A DNA stretch of 64,000 bases. It comes from a virus. Lineage: Duplodnaviria > Caudoviricetes. The notes below the pieces were generated by a model. It was not told the DNA's origin, made no database searches, and saw only the letters and a list, made by a program, of their open reading frames with translations. Positions 40,241 to 49,192 of this stretch are shown here, one piece after another. The translations under genes and the position numbers were made by a program. The DNA is taken from the IMG/VR virus record IMGVR_UViG_3300027708_000016; one strand, written 5' to 3'. How positions within the stretch are numbered: the first letter of the stretch is position 1; each line of letters begins with the position of its first letter.

Positions 40241-41083
40241 TTATATATTTATTGCTTTTAAAAAAAATATATCTTCTTTTAATAAAGAATAGATTTCATC
40301 AAAATTTTCTATTTGTTCCTGTAAAGAAAAAATATTTATTTTTTTAAACAAAAGCCTATTATCAGGAATTTCTATAAAACTCAATTGTTTGTTGATAAAC
40401 GTAACTATATCTTTAATTTTTTTTGATTTCTGTTTATTAGAAAATTCTTCATATGAAACATTTAATACATTTATATTATTTTCTTTAAAAAGTTGATCAT
40501 ATTTTTTATATAAAAAATCATATAATTTTGATCTTTCTAAATATAGATTAACATCAAATATAATTTTTTGTTTGATTTGTTGTTCGTTTTGTCCTAATGT
40601 AACAATATTTGTTTGTTTTCTTCTTTGATATGAAAACTCTTGCAAAAATTTATTTTGTCTATTTAAATGAATTATTTTTATATTGTTTTCTTTAATGTAC
40701 TCAATTACATTAAAATTCTGCAAACTTTCAATTTGATTGTAAAAAATTTTACATCCTAAATATTTTTTTGTATTATATTTTTTAAGAATATCAATCAAAT
40801 GAATAGGATTTGTTAATCTATTTAAGTTTAATTTATTTTGTACTATTTCAGATGCAATTTTAAAATCCTCAATAGTAATTTTTTTTTGTTTGTACTGTTT
40901 ATTAAAAAAATTAATTTTACTAATATGAGGATTAACAGAAAACTTTTTACTATCTTCACTAGATAATTTTATACCTGTATCTAAAAATATCTCATAGTGA
41001 CATTTAATATCTGTTTGTTTATTCAGATAATCGCAAAGCATTGTTGAACCTGTTCTAGGTGTACCAATAATAATAAAATTCAT
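40241..41083 (-). CDS. Stf0-like sulfotransferase
   Basis: GTPRTGSTML; CHYEIF; HLNRQNKFLQEFS; VSYEE. The ATG at 41083 overlaps the upstream TGA. Confidence 0.8.
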   Translation of the reverse strand: MNFIIIGTPRTGSTMLCDYLNKQTDIKCHYEIFLDTGIKLSSEDSKKFSVNPHISKINFFNKQYKQKKITIEDFKIASEIVQNKLNLNRLTNPIHLIDILKKYNTKKYLGCKIFYNQIESLQNFNVIEYIKENNIKIIHLNRQNKFLQEFSYQRRKQTNIVTLGQNEQQIKQKIIFDVNLYLERSKLYDFLYKKYDQLFKENNINVLNVSYEEFSNKQKSKKIKDIVTFINKQLSFIEIPDNRLLFKKINIFSLQEQIENFDEIYSLLKEDIFFLKAINI

Positions 41084-42030
41084 CAATATAAACAAGGTGG
41101 TAAAGGTAAATTCTCTTTCCTTTTTATAAAATATTCCATTATATCATTTTTAAGATCTAATGAAACATGATTAGCAAATTTAAAAGGTTTATTTGGTATA
41201 TCAATTAAATCTTTGTTTGAATCAAACATATGTGATGTGAGAATGTTGTGTCTGTTTACATAATCTCTATTATATAATTCTCCATGATACATTGAATAAA
41301 CAGTAACATCTTCTAAAAAAGATATATCAGATGGTTTTATTTCATTTAATACATTATTACAATATTCTAAATAAGATGTTATGTTAACACCTGCTATTTC
41401 CTGTCTAAATTTTAAGTCAAAAAGAGAACCAAATAAAAGTTTATCCCCACTACCAATAATGTTATAATCATATAATTTTATTTTCTTTAATACATCATAT
41501 CTGAATGCCCAAGCAAGACCATATGCTGAACTTTTATTATTAAATGATTTATATATAAGATGATTTCTAACAACCGATATACCAGAATTACAAAAGTTAT
41601 ATGTTAAATCATGATTTAATTTAAAAAAATTTATATTTTCTAATTCTAATAATGGATTAAAAACTAAAGTATCAGAAAAGCACTGAACAACTTTATATTG
41701 TTCTAAGTTCTTACATAAAACATCTACAAAATCTTCTTTACCAAAAATAATATCTGTATCTGCAATTATTACTATGTCAGTATTTTGAGGCAATAAATCA
41801 ATTCCTATATTGAGTAATCTTTCCTTCTGCCACATTATATCTCCATCAGATATTTGAATTAAAGAATCAGCATCCCTATTATTAAGTTCAAAATTTCCAT
41901 TAGGACTAAATTCAACAGTTAATAACTTAACATTATGTTTGCGAATGTTTTTTTGAAAAATATTATAATTTTTATATCTGAAAGCACTACCTGTATAGTT
42001 AAAATAACAACAAACTACAGCTACATTCAT
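41083..42030 (-). CDS. GT-A fold (GT2-like) glycosyltransferase
   Basis: WQKERLLNIG; IIADTDIIF (DxD); GLAWAFR; GSGD; YHG. Confidence 0.7.
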   Translation of the reverse strand: MNVAVVCCYFNYTGSAFRYKNYNIFQKNIRKHNVKLLTVEFSPNGNFELNNRDADSLIQISDGDIMWQKERLLNIGIDLLPQNTDIVIIADTDIIFGKEDFVDVLCKNLEQYKVVQCFSDTLVFNPLLELENINFFKLNHDLTYNFCNSGISVVRNHLIYKSFNNKSSAYGLAWAFRYDVLKKIKLYDYNIIGSGDKLLFGSLFDLKFRQEIAGVNITSYLEYCNNVLNEIKPSDISFLEDVTVYSMYHGELYNRDYVNRHNILTSHMFDSNKDLIDIPNKPFKFANHVSLDLKNDIMEYFIKRKENLPLPPCLY

Positions 42031-42036
42031 TATTAT

Positions 42037-42064
42037 ATTTTATAGAAGAATTTTAAAAAATCAA
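42037..42064 (-). promoter_or_regulatory. Sigma70-like promoter TTGATT-N16-TAAAAT (GT2-Stf0-Stf0 operon)
   Basis: The -10 box ends 6 nt before the ATG at 42030. Confidence 0.62.
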
Positions 42065-42070
42065 GATTTA

Positions 42071-43753
42071 TTAAGCGGCTCCCAAACCTACTGGATTACC
42101 ACTTGTATCAACTCCTACTTTCCATCTTTTACCTGTGGAGTCTTTTAATACTATTATAGATGGTGTATTTGTTACTTCAAGACTATTAATATATGTATAG
42201 TTAGCTGATAATGCTGTTATATTAGATCCTAAAACAAATGAATTATCCAAACCTAAATTAATACAATTGTTTGAACCCGCTGCAATAAATGAGCAGTTTG
42301 ATCCTATATAGTTGCCTTGACCACCAGCTATAACAGAACTACGAGTAGTTAAACCATAATCATTACCATAAGGATAAGTGACACCATTACCTTTATTATA
42401 CAAAAATGTAATTTCTGCTTCGGATAATGGTCTGTACCATATTCCAAGTTCATCCATTTTAACACCATTTGCAGACGATGCATATGAACCATCTGGCTGC
42501 GCAAGTACACCATATATATTTGTATAATTTGTATTATCTATTTTATGTCCAATATAAACTCCATTTCGATACATACGTACTCTACCATTAACATCTCTAG
42601 TAAGAGTAGCCATAGTCCAAGCGTTTGTTGGGCTGCCTATAATAACATTTAAACGATAATATGCATTTGGAACACCATAATACATACAATTATAATTTAC
42701 ATTAAAGTTTAATGATCCGTAGCCTTGTCCAGAAAATTGTTGAATATTTGAATTGTAAGTAGGAATTGTCCAATAATTAATTGTAAATTCTCCAGAAAGA
42801 TTAACAGTACTGGTTGTAGATAACCATCCAGTAGTGTTACCTATAATACCATTTCCAATACGACCTGTTGTAGATGAAATTGTATTATGTTGTATTAAAT
42901 GATTAGATCCAATTGAATTATTTCTTGTTCCAGTTCCTGATTCATCAAGTTTCCAATAAGAAGTAAGATTCTGGTTTGGTATAGCTACAGTATTAGAAAC
43001 ACCACCCCCAATAAATGAAGAATATCCTGAATTTGTGTTACGTATACCTGAAGCAATATATGATTCAGCTTCGTATATAACATTACCACAACCACTACCA
43101 ATACCAGACCACCAACCAGCATTTAAAATACGATTTCTATCTCCACCCCCAATACTTGCACAATTTTGTGATAATGTATTATTTTCTCCACCATTTATTG
43201 TTGAACTCCTACTATTAATACAAATTTTATTACCATAACCACCAGCTACATTAGAGTATAAACCACCAATATCAATATTATTATTATTACCACCACCTAC
43301 ATTAGAGTATAAACCAGAAACTGTATTACCATAACCACCTGCAATAACAGATCTATTAGCAAATACTTTATTATAGGCACCTCCCCCTATAGCGGCACTA
43401 TCTCCAGTAACACAATTACCAAGACCACCTGCAATACTAGTAAAATTATAATTAGCACAATTACTACAACCACCTACAACATTAGATGCTACTCCTGTAG
43501 CTTGATTGTTACTACCACCACCGACAAATGAATAAACAGCAGAAGCTGTATTATTACCTCTTTTGGGTCGTATAGAGCTTGTAGAATCAATTAATGTATA
43601 AGGCTGAGACGATACAGATTGATAAGCTGTATCCCATTGATTACTATTACCACCAGTTATAGAAGTAGCAGAAACAGAATTAAATACAGCACTGCTTAAA
43701 CCAGTAACAGTATTATTAAATTGAAATGGTTGTGTTTCTATCTGTAAAGACAT
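42071..43753 (-). CDS. Tail fibre/adhesin with beta-roll repeats and LamG/ConA-like domain
   Basis: NxAxGxxSxxxGG repeats; SYWKLDE...GEFTINYW...WTMATLTRD...MDELGIWYRPLSEAEITFLYN. Confidence 0.8.
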   Translation of the reverse strand: MSLQIETQPFQFNNTVTGLSSAVFNSVSATSITGGNSNQWDTAYQSVSSQPYTLIDSTSSIRPKRGNNTASAVYSFVGGGSNNQATGVASNVVGGCSNCANYNFTSIAGGLGNCVTGDSAAIGGGAYNKVFANRSVIAGGYGNTVSGLYSNVGGGNNNNIDIGGLYSNVAGGYGNKICINSRSSTINGGENNTLSQNCASIGGGDRNRILNAGWWSGIGSGCGNVIYEAESYIASGIRNTNSGYSSFIGGGVSNTVAIPNQNLTSYWKLDESGTGTRNNSIGSNHLIQHNTISSTTGRIGNGIIGNTTGWLSTTSTVNLSGEFTINYWTIPTYNSNIQQFSGQGYGSLNFNVNYNCMYYGVPNAYYRLNVIIGSPTNAWTMATLTRDVNGRVRMYRNGVYIGHKIDNTNYTNIYGVLAQPDGSYASSANGVKMDELGIWYRPLSEAEITFLYNKGNGVTYPYGNDYGLTTRSSVIAGGQGNYIGSNCSFIAAGSNNCINLGLDNSFVLGSNITALSANYTYINSLEVTNTPSIIVLKDSTGKRWKVGVDTSGNPVGLGAA

Positions 43754-43755
43754 GA

Positions 43756-44478
43756 TTATGTATTAGAAATTTTTTGATATAATGCAACATCATCTGCATA
43801 ATAATCTTTAAGAATATTTATCTGATCTTGTGTTAATGTTGGTTTATTTGTTATATCAGTTTCATTTATAGTTGGAAGAGGAACTGGTAATCCGATTGTA
43901 GCACCCAAAGTATCCAATCCTTTATTAAAATCATAATAATTTATATTTTCAAAATTACCTATGATTATTGTTTGTGGTCTAAAGTGCCAATTTAAAGTTC
44001 CTTTATCTTGTTTAATTAACCAAGAAATAAAATCTTCAATATTAAGATTACTTGGAACCCCCATGAGTTTTTTTGCATATGCACTAATAAAACGATCAAT
44101 AGGATCTCTTACAATTGCATGTGGTGTTCCTGTTGGAACACTTGATAATGGAATCACGGTATTAATATGTAAACCATCTTGTGCTGACAAATCAGGAAAA
44201 AATGTATTTGCTATTATTGTTGTTAGTGTTGAACTACCTACTCTTCTAATATTAGCAATTGAATGTCCATTAGGTAGATTAAAATATATACTTTGATGAG
44301 AATCTAAATTAGTTAAACCTAAATCGTTTGCTTTATTTATAACTTCAATTTCCGTTTGTGCCAAAAAGAATTGAGGTGAGATTTGATTAAATTCGCCAGA
44401 AAGACTGACTATTAATGGATTTGAATTTTTAGCTCCGTAAAAAATTCCGTAGTATGGATTTGTATATTGTGTTGTCAT
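43756..44478 (-). CDS. Sulfotransferase (Sulfotransfer_2-like) with an extra N-terminal domain
   Basis: RRVGSSTL; VRDPIDRFISAY; WHFRPQ; YYADDVALY. Confidence 0.75.
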   Translation of the reverse strand: MTTQYTNPYYGIFYGAKNSNPLIVSLSGEFNQISPQFFLAQTEIEVINKANDLGLTNLDSHQSIYFNLPNGHSIANIRRVGSSTLTTIIANTFFPDLSAQDGLHINTVIPLSSVPTGTPHAIVRDPIDRFISAYAKKLMGVPSNLNIEDFISWLIKQDKGTLNWHFRPQTIIIGNFENINYYDFNKGLDTLGATIGLPVPLPTINETDITNKPTLTQDQINILKDYYADDVALYQKISNT

Positions 44479-44481
44479 AAA

Positions 44482-47112
44482 TTATAATGTATAGTCCCAA
44501 AGTTGAATTGCTTTATTAGTTCCATTTACATTTATTATTAAAAATGTACCAGATGCAGTTACTGGATTAGTAAATGTAGTAGGTGCAGATGTTATATTTA
44601 ATGCACTAGCATAGATTGTGTTTGTAGCACTAATATTACCAGAAACTGTTAATTTTGCATTTGGTGTTGTTGTTCCAATACCTACATTTCCATTAGCTGA
44701 TATAAATACCGTAGATGTATTACCTATACCTTTGTTATAAAAAGATAAAGATTCATTGCCAACACTTATACGCCCTAATCCACTTGTGTAATCTACAATT
44801 AAACCTGTTGTAAATAAATTTGTATAACCACCATTTGTAAAAAAACCTTTAAAGGCAGTAATAGAACCTCCTGCTCCTATACTATTATTATCGACAAGTC
44901 CTGCACCTAAATTTATATTATTAGCGAATAAAGTATTTGTAGCACTAATATTACCAGAAACTGTTAATTTTGTATTTGGTGTTGTTGTTCCAATACCTAA
45001 ATTACCAGATGAGTTAATTCTCATTCTTTCATTGGTGTTTAACGTACCACCAGTAAAAAATGTTAAATTGCTTGTACTTGCTGCTGCTCCTAATACAAGA
45101 TTGGCACTTGTTGAATAAACATATGAATCTCCTGCATTAACTACATTAAATGTAGGACTATATAAATTACCATTATATTTTGTACTTGCTATACCTAAAT
45201 CCAAATAGTTAATATTATCGTCATTATAGAGAGAAATATCGGTACTTGAACTAACACTTGGTGTTATATTTTGAATCTGATTAAATACTGATCCACTAGC
45301 CGAAGAAATAATAGTAAGAGGTGCAGAGTTTAATGTTGCAATACTAGCAGTTGATCCAAATTGAGCAACGGGAGAAGCCACTATACCTTGAGAAGAAATA
45401 TTATTAACAAATGTATAATTATTTGCACTTACTGAAATATTAGAACCTAAAATAAAATTGTTTGTTCCGCTTAAAGCATTATTTTTTCCATTTAATATAG
45501 TATTATAGTTTCCGCAAATTTTATTATTACATCCATTTATAATTGAACTAAAATTACTACACGTTGAAGAATTACCGTAACAAGATTGAATACAGTTACG
45601 AGATCCATTTAAAATTGTATTGTAACTTGAATATGTATCGGTATTGTATGTATATGAAAGATTTTTATTTGTAATACAATTAGCAGATCCATTTATAATG
45701 GAATTATTTATAAATGCTCCACCAGCTTGATAATAACAAGAATTATTATTATAATAACCAGAACCAGTACCAAGTATACTATTACCATATCCGCTTATAT
45801 TACTATAAGTAATACTACTTGTTGAATATGGTGTTGCAGCACCGCCACTTCCTACAGATGATATAATTGATGTTGCAAGAATTGTATTAAGAGTTCCATT
45901 TATTACTGTATTATAATTTGTGCATCCTAGTGTGCCATTACCTGTATAATTTCTATTACCATTTAAAATAGAATTATAACCTGCACTTATAGTACTATTA
46001 TCACTAAGTGAATTAAGATATGGTAAAATAGATGGTTGACTAATATATCCACCAATAGAACCACAATGTTTATAAAATTGTGTAATATTTGATATGTTAC
46101 TACCTCTACAAGTAAAATTATCTGTAGTTAAATTTTTTGCACATACACTAGCACCCGAAATATTTCCCATACCTACACCACCAGCAGACAAATTGTTTAC
46201 ATATGTAGTACAATCACAAGAGGCTTTAATGCTATTACCCAATATAAAAACATTAGTTTTATTATTTGTATTATTACTATAACCACCTAATACTACCGAA
46301 TAACCTCCAGAAGCTGTATTGTCTTTTCCAGTACCAATAAAATTATAATTATTTGTAACACAATTATTACATCCGCTACCAATAAAAGAATAATCACTTA
46401 CTATACATCCAGAAAAACCACCAACAATTGATGAATAATTTCCTGCAATATTATTACGACAACCAGTTCCTATAAAATTATTTGCTATTTTTATATAACC
46501 ACTATTAGATGCATTTGGAGCACCACTATAATTTGGTGTAAGAATTTGTGGTTGTTGAGAAATACAATTTTTATAACCATTTAAAATTGTGTTTGAACAA
46601 ACTACCGAACAACCAATAATTGGGTTGGTCGTGCAATTACCGTTATCATAATAATCAGATGCAGCAGCACATGCTTTAATAAAATTACAACAACCACCAG
46701 CAATAATATTATTATTTAAAATATTTGGGGGTGTACCATAACTTATTAATGAATAACTTCCGCTATATGTGCAAGTTGCAGATATAGAACTATTGTATGA
46801 ATTTAAAATAGTATTGCAACTATCATTAATAGTATTATTTATACCATTACCTATAAAATTATAAGAACTTAGTGCTCTATTATTAGATCCGCCTAGAACA
46901 GTAGACCAATTTCCAGATGCTATGTTATTACCTATTTTTAATACTATAGATGATGTAGAGGAAATTAAAGTATAAGGCTGAGTAGATAGAGACCTATATG
47001 CAGTATTCCATTGACTACTATTACCACTTATATCATAAAACAAATTACTGGTTGAAACATTACCAGTAACTGTTAGGTCATTTTTAGTCTTAAATGATAC
47101 GTTGATAGCCAT
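44482..47112 (-). CDS. Tail fibre/adhesin with beta-roll repeats
   Basis: Many NxILNGxxN / FIGxGxxN repeats; NERMRINSSGNLGIGTTTP. Confidence 0.75.
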   Translation of the reverse strand: MAINVSFKTKNDLTVTGNVSTSNLFYDISGNSSQWNTAYRSLSTQPYTLISSTSSIVLKIGNNIASGNWSTVLGGSNNRALSSYNFIGNGINNTINDSCNTILNSYNSSISATCTYSGSYSLISYGTPPNILNNNIIAGGCCNFIKACAAASDYYDNGNCTTNPIIGCSVVCSNTILNGYKNCISQQPQILTPNYSGAPNASNSGYIKIANNFIGTGCRNNIAGNYSSIVGGFSGCIVSDYSFIGSGCNNCVTNNYNFIGTGKDNTASGGYSVVLGGYSNNTNNKTNVFILGNSIKASCDCTTYVNNLSAGGVGMGNISGASVCAKNLTTDNFTCRGSNISNITQFYKHCGSIGGYISQPSILPYLNSLSDNSTISAGYNSILNGNRNYTGNGTLGCTNYNTVINGTLNTILATSIISSVGSGGAATPYSTSSITYSNISGYGNSILGTGSGYYNNNSCYYQAGGAFINNSIINGSANCITNKNLSYTYNTDTYSSYNTILNGSRNCIQSCYGNSSTCSNFSSIINGCNNKICGNYNTILNGKNNALSGTNNFILGSNISVSANNYTFVNNISSQGIVASPVAQFGSTASIATLNSAPLTIISSASGSVFNQIQNITPSVSSSTDISLYNDDNINYLDLGIASTKYNGNLYSPTFNVVNAGDSYVYSTSANLVLGAAASTSNLTFFTGGTLNTNERMRINSSGNLGIGTTTPNTKLTVSGNISATNTLFANNINLGAGLVDNNSIGAGGSITAFKGFFTNGGYTNLFTTGLIVDYTSGLGRISVGNESLSFYNKGIGNTSTVFISANGNVGIGTTTPNAKLTVSGNISATNTIYASALNITSAPTTFTNPVTASGTFLIINVNGTNKAIQLWDYTL
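44621..44999 (-). repeat. 64-bp near-identical direct repeat pair (44621-44684 and 44936-44999)
   Basis: Both copies encode GIGTTTPN(A/T)KLTVSGNISATN and differ by one mismatch. Confidence 0.85.
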
Positions 47113-47163
47113 TTAATATATACTTAATCAAATTGTTAAATATTTCCATTCAGAAATAATAAT

Positions 47164-49155
47164 TTATATTAAAGCTAAACAATGTACACTTATTAAGTAA
47201 GAATATGATGCTACGAATATAAAGTTAATATCTAAAGTGGTAGATACAGCACTAATTGTTATTCCTGATGGGGTATTTTGAATAATACCATATGGATCAA
47301 TAAAGCCATATATTGTATAATTCCAATTTGCTCCATCATAGTGTGCTAATATTTCAGCAATACCTGATTGATTAGTTGGAGAAGCTGAACCAGTATTAAC
47401 AAATTTTACCAAAAACTTTGCTGTGGTGTAACTTGCAACGGGTACGGTTGTTATTGTTGGTGCTGAAGATGTTCCAGTTGCATAATAATTTTTAGCAAGT
47501 GTTTTTGAGCTACCAGATGATCCAGTTGTTATTACACCTTGGAAAGTTGGTGAGTCTCCAGTACCTAGACCTAATGCGGTTGCACCATTTGCTACGCTTG
47601 TTGCAGTTAATACTGCAAATCCTGTTGTTGATACACCGATTGCGCTTACGTTTGCAGTAGAACCTGTGGGATTACCAAGAACACTATTAGCTGCAACTTG
47701 TTGAATCTGGTTATATTGAACTTTATTTGTACCAATTGCAGTTGGAATTGTTATATCCGCACTACCATCAAATGATGTTGATGTAAATGTTATATCACCA
47801 CTAGATGTGATATTTCTTGCTGTTTTAAGTTTTGTTGCTGTATCAGCATTACCTGTAACTGAACCAGAGAGATTTGCAACAAGTGTATCAATTGTTTTTG
47901 TATTTGTTGATACTGAATTTGCACTTGGTTCAGTAACCATGCTACTGAATAAATACCAAGGTTTTATACCATTTACTAAATCTTTACTTCTTAATAAACC
48001 AGCGTGTGCATATGTACCTGAAGTATAATGACCTACAAGACCAATATCTAATGAATCTGTAGGATTATCTTCCCCAAGATAAATTATTGGTGCGTTAACT
48101 ACCAATTCACCTTGAACTATTTGTATTGCAGAACCACCAAAATATAAACTTCCTCCAACACTAAGATTAGATCCAACACTAAGATTAGATCCAATACTAA
48201 CACTATTTGTAAAATTACCAGAAGCTGCTTGGAATGATGCAGCGGTTGAAACAATACCTGTTCCATTTGGACTTAATGTAATATTACCGTTTGATGCTGT
48301 TGAAATTGTTATACCAGCACTACCTGTAATATTACCAACACTTGAAAGATTACCTGTAACATCTTGAGTACCATTAAAATTTTGACCCCATAATGTATGA
48401 GTAGTTGTAAGGGATGCAGCACTACCTGTTGTATTTTGGTTAAGTGTTGGAATATCTGCTGCCACTATTGCACGGAATGATGGTGCTGCGGGTATACCAT
48501 TTGGTGCTGCTAAAAAGTAATTTGCAGTTTTACTACCATAAGGATTTAATGTATCACCATAAGCTGCATTAAGAGAAATTGTTGGTGTTGTACCTCCAGA
48601 TGAAGCAACTGGAGATGTTGCACCAACACTAGTTAATCTATTATTTATTTGCGTTTGAATTGCACTTGTAACACCACTAACATAACCAAGTTCTGTTGAT
48701 GTTGTTGCTGATGCTACTGGAATACCGTTTGTATCTGATACCAGTGCTCTGCTTGCGGTAATGGCAGCAGCTTCAATTATAGCTCCTCCACTTGATTGCA
48801 TTACCCTATTGTTATTCAGGGCGGTTGTACTGTTAGTGCCACCATGACTAATATCAATTGCAGTACCATTCCATGTTCCCGAAGTAATCGTACCAACTGT
48901 TACAATACTTGAACTACCAGCAAGAGGAGAAGCACCAATTGTATTATATGATACCGTTTTTGTTGAAGATCCATCAAAAGTTAAAGGTGAAGATCCACCA
49001 GATCCACCAGAATTAAACGTAATAGCATTGGCAACACTTGCAGCAGCATTACCAGAAAGTAAAAATATATTTGTAAGATTAGTTCCACTAGATAAAATTT
49101 TACCAAATGTGTTTTGGTCATTTCTAATTGTAAAAGCTGAATTTATATTTGACAT
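47164..49155 (-). CDS. Tail-fibre-like protein
   Basis: G/S/T-rich; VGTITSGTWNGTAIDISHGGT; APSFRAIVAADIP; NADTATKLKTARNI; C-terminal TAKFLV...EILAHYDG domain. Confidence 0.75.
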   Translation of the reverse strand: MSNINSAFTIRNDQNTFGKILSSGTNLTNIFLLSGNAAASVANAITFNSGGSGGSSPLTFDGSSTKTVSYNTIGASPLAGSSSIVTVGTITSGTWNGTAIDISHGGTNSTTALNNNRVMQSSGGAIIEAAAITASRALVSDTNGIPVASATTSTELGYVSGVTSAIQTQINNRLTSVGATSPVASSGGTTPTISLNAAYGDTLNPYGSKTANYFLAAPNGIPAAPSFRAIVAADIPTLNQNTTGSAASLTTTHTLWGQNFNGTQDVTGNLSSVGNITGSAGITISTASNGNITLSPNGTGIVSTAASFQAASGNFTNSVSIGSNLSVGSNLSVGGSLYFGGSAIQIVQGELVVNAPIIYLGEDNPTDSLDIGLVGHYTSGTYAHAGLLRSKDLVNGIKPWYLFSSMVTEPSANSVSTNTKTIDTLVANLSGSVTGNADTATKLKTARNITSSGDITFTSTSFDGSADITIPTAIGTNKVQYNQIQQVAANSVLGNPTGSTANVSAIGVSTTGFAVLTATSVANGATALGLGTGDSPTFQGVITTGSSGSSKTLAKNYYATGTSSAPTITTVPVASYTTAKFLVKFVNTGSASPTNQSGIAEILAHYDGANWNYTIYGFIDPYGIIQNTPSGITISAVSTTLDINFIFVASYSYLISVHCLALI

Positions 49156-49192
49156 AATATTTTATATACTTACAATTTATATAATTATTAAA

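Noticed and set aside
48150-48200. 18-bp tandem repeat (CCAACACTAAGATTAGAT) in the 663 aa fibre gene
   Set aside because: It encodes an ordinary GSNLSV beta-strand repeat typical of fibre shafts.
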